Assembly: GCF_000143415.4 (NCBI RefSeq)
Contig: NW_003314329.1
Coordinates: forward strand, 267,421 to 331,420
DNA: 64,000 nucleotides
DNA from: Selaginella moellendorffii
Taxonomy: Eukaryota; Plantae; Lycopodiophyta
Direction: 5' to 3'
Part shown: positions 37,406-50,825 of the stretch, piece by piece
Position numbering within the stretch: the stretch's first letter is position 1
Layout of the letters: each line of letters begins with the position of its first letter
Notes under the pieces: generated by a model
The model's input: the letters and a program-made list of their open reading frames with translations, nothing else
What the model was told of the DNA's origin: nothing
Database searches by the model: none
Made by a program: the position numbers and the translations under genes

Positions 37406-37615
37406 GCCTGTTAAAAACACTTTCCCCGAATCCTCAAACAAGAACCTCAGACTTGAGATATGGATATTCCTGAGAAAGAACAAGGTCAGTAACAGCTAAA
37501 AAAAAGACACTTAATTACCTCACCACATTTTGCAATCCAGTTAGCCGGCAATCACATACTGCAGACAAAGTGACCTTCAAAACCGTACAGCCGGGATGGC
37601 TTACCATTGATTCAT

Positions 37616-39841
37616 CTATCTCCTACTGTGCCAGTGTCCAGGTGACCTTGACCTCGAGTGCTTGTGTCTAAGTAAGGTTCCAACATAAAACTAAGAAGGA
37701 AAAGGCAAAAACGTACCTCCGAGCTTCACGAGGAGAAGAAGTGGACCGTGAGAAAGAACGCGATGAACCTCTAAAACACGCAAGCAAGACGTCAGTGTTT
37801 GCACAATGTCTAAAACCAAACCTTTGAGAGTATCTGGGCGACCGAGACCTGCTTCTCCGTCGCTTGTCACTCCTGACATGAACATTTGTCAGCTCCAAAC
37901 ACGGAACTTTAAATATCACACACACACCTTCTCCGGCTTGGGCTCCTACTTCTGGAGCGCCTGGGAGAGAAACTCCTGCTTCTGCTTCGACTTCGTGGAG
38001 TATGGCGCTCGTATCTCTTTCCCTTCAGATTATGTTCAGTTCGCCTGTCCTTTCTTGATTTCTTCTCCTTCGGCTTTGCGTCACCTTCATTCTCTTTATT
38101 GCGTTCTGAATCCCTTGCCAGCAGCTGCTCACGACCAGTAGACTTTTCCTGTGTTTTGAGATGGTCCGCAACCACAGGGTTCTCACTATTTGGCACCTTA
38201 GAATGTTCTGTGTCTCTGCTGGTGGACTTCTTGTCGTTCTTTTCTGTCTGGTCGTCATCTGAATCGTAGCTTGCAAGGCCAAGGAAATTCCCCGCGCAGT
38301 TCGTATCTATCTCTGCTTCCTCACCATCGCCAGCAGCAACTACAACTCTGGCAGGAGCTGCACTGGGTGCCAGGATGTTGTCCGTCTCCCTCTTTTCCGA
38401 GGCTTCACAAAATCCATTTTTAAATCAGCACAAAACTAAAGTACCATAGAACCCGTACCCTGGGACTTCGCCTCTTCCTCGTCAAATATTTCTTGTGCAA
38501 TTTCATTGAAAAGCCCGTCCGTCACCTGTTTGAAATGGCTGATGCAAAGTAAGGAAATGATAAACTAATTATACCTTCAAAAGAACGTCAGTTAGAACTC
38601 TCTTTATCTCTTGATTGATCACAGAAGTGGCAGCACTTTCAGCATCGTCCTGCAAGTCACGAGCAAGTCCACGTAAAACAGCGAGATGCCTTTTTTGCAG
38701 TACCTCATCATCTCCTTCTGTTTCACTTCCACCTGGCGAAACTGGCGTGCTGTCTATGCCAGGCCTCAAAACCTCAGAAGTATTTTTTCTCGTCACGTCT
38801 GTGACAGGGCCAAGTGATGGCGTCCTCACTTTTTTCTTCAGTTCCTCCCTCAGCCAAGAAGGAACGGGTGCCTGTATATTAAGAGATGAACAAGAGCGGT
38901 ACTCCTTTTCCCTTGTTCACGCACCTTCTTTTGCTGCGCAGGATCAACGACTGGAACAGCTGGACTAGCTCCAAAAGCAAATGCTGGTCGATATGCCACG
39001 CCGTGGAGCCTCGGAAACGTTGGCTGTTGCTGAATGGGATGAAAAGTCTGGTCAATGAGAAACAAGCCTGAGAAGAAAGAAAAAAGAGCGGGAACAGCGA
39101 AAAAAGACATACTTGAGAAGGTGGAAGCGGCATGGTCGGAGTAACGCTCCACACAACACCTGATGGACTTCCAGAGAAGCCATGTTGCGAGGGATCGACG
39201 CTAGAAAGACGGTGTAACACTTGCGCTGGACGTGGTTGCAGTTCTGGAGGCCGAGGCAAGAAGTGAGGGTGCGGAGAAAATGCTGCTACCGAAAAACACC
39301 GAGAGGAAAACGTTGAGTGTGAGTGATCGATCATGGCAGCCAAAGTTACCTCCGTTTGGCTGCTGCAAGCTTTCCGGAGGAGGATCCAGAGCTACAGCTT
39401 TCATATGTCCCTGAGCAGATTTTGCGCTCATCCAAGCCTTGGCTTTGGCGGCCCAATCCACAGCTGGAAGACAATGTGAGCCAAATCCCTCCCACAACCA
39501 AACGTCACCGCACACTACCTTGAGTCAATCCAGAGGAAGCCTACGAAAAAGGCGACACTCGTAAGACCAGAGAAGAGGATTTCTAATCTCTCATGCCACA
39601 CAGAAGAAGCGAGAAACAATCTCTCGTATAAAATGGTGCCAGGGCGTGGGATGGAAAATGGAATGGAATCATCAAGCAAGCAGCAAACAATAGGGGTTAC
39701 CTGATCTTGCTGTGCATAAAACTGACCATGTTGTTGCTGCTGGAGAGGACGATCCAATTGCGGCTGCCATGGCGGAGGCGGCGGCTGCTGTGGAGGCGGC
39801 AGCGGCGGCGGCGGCGGCGCATCGATCCTTTGCTGCTCCAT
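37616..39841 (-). CDS. Arg/Ser-rich PNISR (SFRS18)-like protein, multi-exon
   Basis: Pro/Gln-rich N-terminus, DWAAKAKAW, IKRVLTDVLLKVTDGLFNEIA and an RS-dipeptide C-terminus. Confidence 0.75.
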
Positions 39842-39911
39842 AGCCTCGTACTCTCCAGTTACAACCCTAAAATTAAAATAATTTCTATTCCAAAGGCTCG
39901 TTATTTAAGTA

Positions 39912-42900
39912 TCATTGCAAGCCAAAGCCTGTGGAGTTCGAAATTGCCAGCTTAAGCCGGTCAGCCAGCTTTTCTTGGGAGCTATACTCCGGGAGAAGTA
40001 AAATGTTAAAACACGTATGAGCCGTCGGGAGCCTGGTAAAAAGTACAGTAAGTTAAGAAAGCGTAAGTAAGAAAGATGGAAACTTACCTCTCAGTATCAT
40101 CTCCATTGCGTTGGATTATCAGTTTTAAGCTTCCCAGGCCTCCCACGGGTGCGCGATCGTTTCCGGTGGTAAAGAAGAGGAGCTGCTTCTTCTCCTCGAC
40201 GCTCATCTCTTTCACCTGGGTTTATAACTTAGAGATCTAGAGGAAAGAACGAAAGGCTTACCAGGTTCCAAAACCACTGAATGACATTGCTGTCCTTCGT
40301 GTAGCCTCCTTTGTACGTCGTTCCTCGTTCCAGTGCCTGGAGAAAACCATGGTTCAAGGCTCTTTAGTTTTAGCGTGAGTGAGTAATCGGTCTCACGGAC
40401 ATCGAAGTCGTAGTGACGTAAACCACAGATGAGCAGCTCTAGTTCTTCATACTGGAAAAGGCGTAAGGCCGGTCCACCGCAAACCTGGACGAGAAAGAGA
40501 GAAACGATCCAGCTCAGACACAAAGAAACATTCAATGGCAACCTGAAGGAAGCCCCGCTTAAAGGCAGAAAACTGGGTCGCGATTGATGTTTCAAGCAGG
40601 TAATTGACGTATAGATCAACATATCTGTAATGAGCAAGCGTATGAATTTGGTGACGCAAATTTGAAAGCTTACCTTTGTTTGTTCTCGCCTGTAACTTGC
40701 ACGGACGAGCCGTTTGGTATGAGTTCATGTGTTTTGGTCTCTCCAAAACAGTCATATGAAACCTTCCACCACAGTCACAAAGGCCGGGTTAAAAGCCTGT
40801 TTCAAAATACATAAACAGCTACCTCGAAATACAAGTCCATTGACTCGATCTCTTCCATGGCCAAAAGGCTGTTAAGACTCCTGTAAACTTGAGGCTGCAA
40901 ATCCCGTAGGTCCTGGAGCCGAGGATCGATCCCCAGAAGCTTTTTGTACACTACCTGTAAAATTTGGAGAACTTAAAGTTTCGAGTCTTAAACATCACAC
41001 ACTTACAAGTGGAAAGTGAACGTCCAGAATGACACCGTTGTAAATCGCCAGTCCCAAAATAATTCCAACCTACAGAACGATCTATAAAGCTACGGCAAAA
41101 TGCAAGCTTTTGTACCAGCTGAAATTCAAGATCTGTCTCTATAGAATTGGAGTTGAACCAAAAGTATCGTGACTCCTCGCTGTATGTAAACATCCCTGTC
41201 CATAAAAGTTACGGCTTTCATTCAAAGGATAACAACCTCACCATAGCCAACATTGAAGAGATCGCGAACCAGAAGCTGGAAAAACTCCTTTGTGACACCT
41301 CCTTGGTCCACCCCTGATTCTCCCTCAAATATAACCTGTACTCTTTGTCAGTAAGAAACGATGGTTACGAGAAATGTCTTCTGACCATGAGTGGCTTTTT
41401 CAGCTCGTAATGATGTAAAGACAGCTGATGCAAACTGTCTTGTACAAGAGAGGTTCTTCTCACCTGTAAATTTTTCAGTAAAAAAAAAGTACTGACAACG
41501 TCCATCTTACCTGAAGAACCAAGAAGGGACTAGCCGATGCATTCCCAAGCATATGCTCAATCATGGATGCCTGCACAATATGTTGCTTTTGAATATTCGC
41601 TTCAACCTGCGAAAGAACGTGAACACAATCCAGAAAAGTAGTTTTGCGCTTACTTGTAATATTCGGCTCTTGGCTTCCGCAGAAAGAATAAAAGGCACCT
41701 GTAAATAAGAAAGGAAGATGTACTATCAATTGAGATTTACGTACACTACCTGACAGTAGCAGATCAATGGTTGCATTTTATATTGAACATGTAACCATTT
41801 CAAATATTCTGCCTACATTTAGTAGAATGGTTAAAGCTCGCATATAGAGCACAATACTGCCACCCAAAGGATTTTTCTTGTGCGGCATTCAATGCCCAAA
41901 GAGTTACCTGAAGGTCAGCGTCCTGGCTAACAGCAGAGTTATAAAATTCACTTAAATGTACAAGTTTCTCCTTTTCGTTCACAGTATGAAGTATCGACAA
42001 AACCTGGAAATTCCATATCAGGAACACTAAACAAATAATAATAATTACTGGAAACCTTCAAAGCTGCAGAGATATCAACAGGAACGGGACCTCTTCCGTT
42101 TAACAAATCGTTTCTGGTTTTAACAAAACAAAAAGCATTCAAAAGAAGAAGCAAAATCTATTCGAAAGCACCTATTTACAATGAAGTTTTGAACTCCTCG
42201 GACAAATCGACCACCAAAAACTTCTTTCGGATATCCTTTTAAGTATTCCTCCATTATCTGAAGCAAAGGACATTAAAAAAAACTTCCGACATAGAAGAAG
42301 AAAGACATACCCGTTCTCCGGACGAGGATACCTGAGTAAACAAAGTAAAAAGCTTTACAGATATAATATCGCCAAGTCTGTAATGCGGGGCACATTTAGC
42401 GGGAAAATTATGAACTTAAGTTACAGGACCCTTTCTCTCCTACGAGGGGACATTGTAGAATGATCAGCAAAGCCTGTTAGTTGGCAGAGTTAGTTCTAGT
42501 AAATTGAGATGAAAGTAGCGTACCCGCAGCCACCTGGATTCCGGCGCATTATCGATGTGCTTTTCGATGGAATCAAGTAATCGAATAATAGAGGCCCCGA
42601 GTCTTTGAACAACCTGCAATCCGGAAAAGGAAACATTAGCACATACTTGACAGCAAGATGCATTTACATCCGGGTCGTAGAGTTCCAATATTTTGTGATA
42701 AACATTTTGTATGTAGCTAATGTTAAGTTCAGTTTCCGGTGCTTTTAAATAAAGAACAAGAATTTAATGAGTAAGAATGAACTACAAAGCAAAAGACATT
42801 ACCATCAGGAGAAAATGAATCATCTTCTCTCGTTCCACACCAGCATGCCGAGTGGGACTTGAAAGACATGATTAAGAACTTAGGCGAGGAAAATACACTT

Positions 42901-44737
42901 TCCAAACTATGCAGTAATGCGGCTTTGTTCCTTGTTTCCTGTTTTAAACGCAAACAAATTTAAGGCCCAAGTAGAAGAAAAGCTCACTTGAAACAAAATA
43001 TGGAGGCAAGGAAGTTTTAACGCCCGCAATCCTGCTCCGTGTTTATCAAGTTTATGCATCTTCTTTTCATCTCCTTGTAGGCTGTGAAACAAAAGGTAAC
43101 GTTTGCAGTTGAAAGCACTTGAAGCTTACTCAATCAGTGTCGACGATTGCTTATCATCGCAGTCAAACGCTACAAGCGTATGTTCTCCCCCTGCCACCAC
43201 ATAAACCACTTGCTTGGAACTTATTTGCGACAAGTTTAGCAACAATGGTGTGAGCTGCACGATCGAACTGAAAAGGAAATATGGTTCAAATGACCACAGG
43301 CATTGCTGAGTTCTTTTAGTTACCTCCCTCCAGGTAAAACTTGTCCTTGCTCATTGTCACCCCACGCATAAACGCCACCTCCTGATGTTAAGGCTACAGC
43401 ATGACGAGCTCCCGCACTTGCCTGGACAATATTGTCATTTTCAAGCGAGCAAACCAGCTTTGGAACAAGGATGTTATCTTGAGTGCCATGGCCTGTCTGA
43501 CCCCAGTGACCATGCCCCCACTGCAGCAAGCAAACTCGTAAGCTCATCCTAGTTCATGTATGCAAAAAACTAAAACTCACCGAAAAAAGCTGCCCATCTG
43601 AATCAATGGCCATGGTATAGTCCGCACCACAGACAACCTGAGTAAGCAGACGATCACTGAGAGCCGTGACAGGCACCGGCTGCAAATGGTTTTCAACGCT
43701 TCCACAGCCAAGCTGCCCATACTTTCCTCGTCCCCAACTAAAGAGCTGCAAACTTATCAATTACAAACTTTTTGCCTTCGATGAAGTTCGAGAGTAGAAC
43801 ATACCTGACCCTCAACTGTCAAAGCGCAGCTGTGATTGTCACCGCAGGCAATCTCCAATGCACAGATCCACGGGATTCTAGTTTTCTGTATAGATAACAC
43901 AGACAAATACCTGGACGATTCCCAAGCCCCAAAGGCTGTCAACAATCACCGGCGAGCTGCAGCTTTCCGTAGTTCCGTGACCGAGAGCACCAAAAGTGCC
44001 TTGTCCGAATGAGTAAACGTCTCCGCTGCCTGGAACCATGCACAGAGGTATAAATCTTATCAACCTTGAGCGATTTACCTGTGAGAGCGAGTGTATGGCT
44101 AGAACCACAAGCAACACGGACGAACAGGAGTTCGCGAGAACCGCGAAGGAAGCGAGGCAGCGGGCTGTTAAAAACTCCAGCCGCATCCTTGAGACCGAGC
44201 TGGCCAAACTCTCCACATCCCCAGGAAACTAGCGAGCCAGTGTCTGAAACTCAAAGGTTTAAGCTAGAAGGAACACGAGGGGAAAAAAAAGATACCAGTC
44301 ACAGCGACGGTGTGACCCTGACCCGTCGCAACGTGAGAAACAAGTGAAGTATCTAGCGATGAAACTCTCACGGGAGAGAATTCACACCCGAAAGATTTCG
44401 TTCCAAGCTGTCCGGAATCGTTCGAGCCAGTTGTGTAGAGTTCCCCTTCGTCTAGAAACAAAGTTTTCAGTGGAAACAATCGCGAGAAAGAAAGGAAGGA
44501 TCGCTCGAATCACTCACTCTCACCTGTTAGAAATGCCGTATGATAATCACTGGCGGCAATGTGTACCACGTCCTTGTGAGCGAGGCTGCTGATCCAAACG
44601 AAAGTGCTGCACTGGCGAGGGAGCTCGCCTACACCAAGCTGACCAAAATCGCCCCTCCCCCATGCGTACACTACATGGATTCCATCACTGTCAGTAAGAT
44701 CATCGAAAATTTTTACGCGCGCCATACCTTGCTCCAT
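39912..44737 (-). CDS. RCC1-repeat + HECT E3 ubiquitin ligase (small HERC-like), many exons
   Basis: N-terminal RCC1 repeats ([39 protein letters not shown]); HECT motifs [33 protein letters not shown] and LPTAHTCFN (catalytic Cys); ends GFGLQ-TGA. Confidence 0.92.
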
Positions 44738-44776
44738 AGCCCTAGTCCTAAACAAAATATTAGGGTTTATAAGGAC

Positions 44777-46456
44777 ATGGACTGGGGGGAGTGTGTGTCT
44801 AAGGCAGTGCTGGAGCGCTACAAGTGCTTGCCAAAGAAAGGGAAGCCACAGGGCGGTGAATACACAGTTCTCGGAGCATTCTTAGTCTCCGATTGCAATT
44901 CGTCAATAGGTATAGATTAAATGGTTTACACGATTGTTCCAACGATTCGATTCAGCTTCTTTGCGAGTGATTGCATTGGGAACTGGGACCAAATGCCTGG
45001 GAGGCTCTCAACGCAGCCTTGCTGGCGACACAATCAACGATTGCCATGCCGAAGTGATCGCTAGGAGAACACTGCTCAAGTAAGTTATCCCGTTCTTCAT
45101 ATATATTATCACGCGCAATGCAGGCTTTTATACACGGACATCGGGTCTTTTGTAGATGAGGGGCAAGATTCTCGTTCTAAGTTTTTCAAGAGGGATGATA
45201 ATGGCAGACTGCGTATGCGTCCAGAGATTCGACTCCATCTCTACATCAGCCAGTCACCTTGTAAGCCTTACTATCTCTTTGATCATCTGGTTCTTCCACT
45301 CTATCTCTTTGATCATCCGGTTCTTCCACTCTATTTCTTTGATCATCTGGTTCTTCTATACTATAGATCTTTGATCATCCGGTTCTTCCATACTATAGAT
45401 CTTTGATCACCCGGTTCTTTCTACTTGATAGGTGGAGACGCATGCATCTTAGGAGTTGATCCTGGCGCCGGAGAAGACGATCACACTGAATTTTGCTGCA
45501 CGACGGGGGCAAAGCTGGTGTCTACACAAGTTCACTCGGAACAAAGCCTGCAGACAACGGGCATGCTTAGGCGAAAGCCTGGCCGGGGAGATGCCACTTT
45601 TTCTATGAGTTGTAGCGACAAGATCGCAAGATGGAACGTTTTGGGAGTTCAAGGTGAGTCTGGATTTCCTCCATCCCTATGGCTCCTGGATCAAACACTG
45701 TTTGTAGGAGCTCTCTTGTCCTTGTTCCTCAACGAACCAGTATACATCTCGACGATTACTGTTGCTAGGAGCACGAAAGCATCGCCACTGGTTTCCGACC
45801 TGGCGTGCATAGAGGCCCTGCAAAGAGCTACTTTCGGCCGGCTGTGCTCAGTGGCACGGAATCTAGAAGCTCCCTACAGACTCAACCAGGTAAGACTTTG
45901 TGAAGTGCTTTTGTAATCTTCGTATGCAGCCAGTGATTTGGCTGGCACCAACACCTCCGGAGGATTACATGCTCTATCCAAGTGGATTGGCCTGCGGGTT
46001 TGGCTTTCACTCCGAGGCAGCATATGTGATGCTATCGTTCCCTGTTTAGATATTCGATCAGCTGGGACTCGTCCGGCTCCCACGAGGTTGTCATTGGAAC
46101 AACGGGAAGGAAGCAAGGTGCTGCGGGCAAAGGAGCGTTGTTGCCAGCTACAGAATCAAAGCTCAACAGGTTAGACAAAGAAGAAGATCACTCCATACTG
46201 AAAAGCTTTCGTTTTTCTTCCTCAGGAAGTCATTGGGGAGATCATTTAGACACCTGTTGACGCATTTCTTCCCTGGCTTGGCTTGCAGCAACTACTTGGA
46301 GTGCAAAGTAAAGCATCCTAGTCTTCTGACTCACAGCTTCTTATCTTTTTTATTTTCTTGCAGAAGTTAGCACTAACATATTTGGAAGCCAAAGAGATTC
46401 TCCTTCATCTTAATTCACCTTTTGGTGGGTGGCTGTCGAACACCTTAGAAAAGTAA
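44777..46456 (+). CDS. TAD1: tRNA-specific adenosine deaminase 1 (ADAT1), multi-exon
   Basis: [46 protein letters not shown] and [17 protein letters not shown]; no dsRBD seen. Confidence 0.9.
45271..45422. repeat. Intronic minisatellite, about 5 x 30-32 bp
   Basis: Unit ctatctctttgatcatctggttcttccact repeated inside the TAD1 intron 45261-45431. Confidence 0.9.
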
Positions 46457-46499
46457 TACCAATTTAGCTTTGTGACAGTTTTAGTTAGATGAATTTAGA

Positions 46500-47270
46500 C
46501 AATCAGCCTTGTATCTTTCCATCAAGCTTGAAAACCTCTACGTCTAAGACTATTGGATCGCTGCTGAAAGGCACGCTGAGCTTGTAAGCCACCACGACCT
46601 TGGCTTCCAAGCAACCCTCGACGGTTGGATCACTGTCACAACTTTGGAATTCTTCGAAATTGCCCAGATGTTCTTCTAGCAACTCACAACACGGAACAAA
46701 ATCTTGTCATCGCTGGAAGAAGCGTTCGTCAGCTGGAGTGCCTCCCATGGCTTCTTGGCACGTTCGTATCTTCGCAACAACGATTCAGCCCTGTCGGCTT
46801 TGTAGATCCGGTTGGAGTGCACAAAGCAGGGGTGCCCTTGCAATCCAAGGATGTCTTGCCACTTCCCAGGAATGATCTTGTGTGGAGTTGCTCCTACACC
46901 ATCACTTGAGCTCACAACCATCTTGTTGCGATCGACAACGAGGGCCATGGGAACGGCTATGGTCTCCAGTGATGGTGACGATGGGAGAGGATCCCAGATC
47001 CTCCATTGGATTGTATACCTCAGCGTTTGGTTCCTCACCCTTATGGTTGCCACCCCTGACGTAGAGCTGACCCTCCAGGACACAGCATTGCGCTCGATCT
47101 CGGTGCCATGGTGCTCCATTGATTTGCATGACTGTCGAAGACTGTCACTGATTTCCCAAATGCCCCAAGAAGGTACTGCCTTGCCATGTGTCCGGTGGAG
47201 GAAGAATCATCCACGCTTTCTTGGTGCTACTGGGATTTAATGCAACGATTGAAAACTCTGAAGTTCAATT
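46500..47270 (-). pseudogene. Kelch-repeat (F-box/Kelch-like) gene remnant
   Basis: AQCCVLEGQLYVRGG...AEVYNP kelch motif followed by a frameshift; no intact ORF. Confidence 0.55.
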
Positions 47271-47499
47271 ATGATTCTGGGGCTTGGACTTGCTATGGCA
47301 GTGTTTCTCACTCACCTTGCCGGCACATATGTTGTTGTTTTGAAAGTAAGAACGTAAATGGTTCCAACGAATATTCTCCCACTTTGGAGAAAGTCTCAGC
47401 TTATTTTACCCTTTTTCATTTTCTTTGGCCGAAGATTAGATTTATACATATTTCTTCTTTCTCCTTTTCCTTTTCTACACAGTAACTATAGCATATGTG

Positions 47500-50400
47500 A
47501 GTGGTAGTATATTATAAAATATCCAGAATTGTTCATTTTTCATTTGAAAATCCAAATCCATGGTGGACCTAGCCACATAGATAAGTATTCAGGATTAACA
47601 TGGACCCAAGCCCATATTAAATTAGATTACAAGGTTAATATGGACCCATGCTTAGATTTCTTCTTTTTCAAAAAGACATTATTAATGAGTGGTTCCAATC
47701 TCCATTAAAATTATTGGTTTGATAACAAAGTGACATTTTTTAAAATGATTTATAAGAAACCAAAGAAAATTACTTAATAAATGATCCATTAGAATTCAAA
47801 TATAAAAAAAAGGCCCATGAACAAAAGTGTACTCTCCTTTTCAATTGATTAAAGGTTTTTGGATATATAGAATTTATATTTGATATCAACTCTACATTAC
47901 AAATTAAAATTGACATTTGGTGGTCCAAGCCACAATTTGCCCCACTCTCTAAACACACCCCTTAGGATTGTCGTAATATGGGAAAAGCTGAAAGACACTG
48001 AATTTCATATATTTTTGGAAAAGGAAATTTATATAATTTAATCCTACTAAACCATTTTTCAAGTCTTTCTCTTTAGTCTTAACAGTTTTAATGGAGATTG
48101 AAATTATTGGGTTGATGAGCATTCAAGATTGACATGGACTCATGCCCATATTAAATCATGAGATTAATATGGACGTACACCTATAGTATATCAGATTTCT
48201 TCTTCTTCTTTAACAGATATTATTAATGGGTGGATCCAATCTTTATTAGAACTATTGATTTAATAGCAAATTTATATTCTTAAAAATAATTATCATAATG
48301 CTATTGATGGGTGGCTCTAATCACCATTGGAACTATTAATTTGATGATAGTAAATTAATATTCCTGAAAAAAATTGTAACAGTAAACAATAAAATATAAA
48401 ATTTTGAGTTTAAACTTTTTGGGAAATTATTTAGCTTAGACATTTCCCATGAACAGCATAATATAAGCAACTAAAAAAAACAACTCAAGAGATGATATAT
48501 AAGGTTCAAATATAGAGGGAAAGGGCTTAGAGTGCACCTCTTTTCCAATTAGTTGAGGGTCTTGAGATACTTAGATTCTTGGTTTAAATAGTACTAGGTT
48601 AAATGACTTTCTAAGAAGTTCAAATACACCTAGGTATCTAATCTAAAAGATATTTAACTCTATATATTTTAACATCCTTGGAAAAAAATTCAAATATTTT
48701 AATCACAATAAACCATTTCTCAAGCCTTTCTCTTTGGTTGTTTATACAAGATCAATAATTGTTATAAAAAACCTAAACCTGTGTTGTCTCATTACTGCCG
48801 ATGAAGTGGAGCTCTCCTCCACCATATGCATAAAATTTTTTATATCATCATAAAGGCTTCCTTAAGAGTTCTATCATCCCACAAAATATTGATGGCAACC
48901 ATTTGGAATGCAAATAGATGTAAATTCAAAGTTTTAACATAATTGTTGCAAATTATTAATAGTAGTATGTTCCAGATCAATATTGTTAAAAATGCTAGTG
49001 AAGTGCTAGATAAAAAAATTCAAAGGATCAGTCTTCTTAAAAAGAGTAGAGAGAGATATATATAAGACTAAAATCCCTAAGTCCCAAAATAGAGCTAAAT
49101 ATATGCCATGTGGTAGTGGTTGAAGCAGAAGTTTAATAAGTGTAATACATTTAAACCAAAAGCTCAAACAAAGAATTATTAACTTATGGAAGTGTTGAGA
49201 CCAAGTTTGACATCAAATCCAAGACTAGGTCCGAATTTGAATCTAAATCCAAAACCGAAACTGAGTCCAAGTTTGAGAGTAAAAGACTAAAGCAATCATT
49301 TCCCAGAGTTTAATAAGTCCTTATGGCAAAGGGAAGACTCTAGGGGAACAAGTGTGGCTAAGAAAAGTTAGTGTGAGCAAAGAAGGTTATACCCATATGT
49401 TAGATAATGATATAGGAGACATGAACTAGGGCGACAAGCTAGATGGCTAGCCTCCTCACTAATTCCATAAATAGTGATTCCAACATTATGAAATCCAAAT
49501 ATATTGATGGAAAAATGAGGTGACTTAGTGAAGTGTTTAAGAATAAACTCTAGCTCTTCTAGGACATCAAATGGTTAATACTCCCAATCCAAAGGATATC
49601 TTATATAACTTATAAAATCTCACTCTAGCCATAAGGTTGAGCCACCTTAGTGGCAAAAGGTGGGGAAAATAGCTATAAAGTTCATATTGGTCCATAGTGT
49701 TTCAAAATGTTATTATAAAGTGATCTTGAAGTTCTCCTCGAGTTGCATCATTCTACAAGCAATCATTAGTTGCAAAGCAACCAACAATCACTCTTCAACT
49801 TGCCTTTCATAATACCGGAATAATCCTTTTGCTAAATAATCAAGAGCATGGTTACGTGGTAAGGAAATCTTAGAAGTTAGTGAAACTTAATAGATAGGTT
49901 TTTGGGCCCTAACCTAGTGGCAGTTTTAGCGAGCACTAATGTGTATGGAAGGATTTGATGGGAATTAAAAAAAGGATATTAAAGGATGGTGTTCCTTTAT
50001 ATTTTGAGGCATCCTAAAGATGCTAAAATGTTGTTATAAAATTACCACTTATTGGATAGATGGTTTAGTTTTGGAGAAACAAACCATAATATATGTGGTT
50101 TTAGAATATGACAATGAGGATAGATATAGTTTTAGTATAAGAGGTTTTATATATATTTTTCAATTAGTATTATTATATTTGTATCATGTTCTTTCATTTT
50201 GCAATGTCTTATGCCATAGGAAGCACTTCATTTAAGCTTTTGCATCTAATTATGAGGCATAAATCCCTAAGCCCCAAAGTGGAGTTAAAAGGGTGAAGTT
50301 AATACATATTAAATATATATTTATGTATGTCAAATATTAATTTTTTGCAAATATTTAAATGTTAGCCTCTCAAAATATCCATTATATAATGCTATTTTGG

Positions 50401-50700
50401 TCATGATATTCAATTCAATGCCAAAATTATTTTCTATATAATATTAAGAGAGAAGGGAAAATGATGAAAAACTATTAATAAAGACAATAGAAAATAATTG
50501 AACACTTCTTTAGTCAAACCTTAAACTAATCTAGGATGAGTTACTGGATGCCCATTTATATATATGGCTATTGGGTTCAAATATTATGAGTAGAAATGTG
50601 AGATTTGATTCCTATAGTAGACAATGGTGGCAAAATATACTTTAGTAAACGTAGAAAGATGGTGTCATTATCTAGTTCGCAACATTTGCTTGCTTTTTTT
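47500..50700. repeat. AT-rich decayed repeat/TE zone, including old copies of the 62206-type LTR (about 47751-47862 and 48462-48630)
   Basis: Alignable by eye to tgtaagcaaccaaagggaac...ggttcaaatatagagggaaagggc; other degenerate direct repeats; almost no ORFs. Confidence 0.65.
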
Positions 50701-50825
50701 CAGTTCCACGAAAATTCTCCCTGGAGCTTATGTCTGATCTAGCGTAGCAAGTGCATACATAGGGATGTAAGGTTATGCTACATTGATTGTTCTCATATCT
50801 TTATAAAAACACAGAGGATAAATGA

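Noticed and set aside
45271-45422. 30-bp repeats superficially resembling a CRISPR array
   Set aside because: No unique spacers, located in a eukaryotic intron, no cas genes.
19628-46456. RNA-modification gene cluster (RlmN-like, RPL9, Tpt1-like, PNISR, TAD1)
   Set aside because: The genes are interspersed with unrelated genes and TEs; enrichment cannot be shown from one window.
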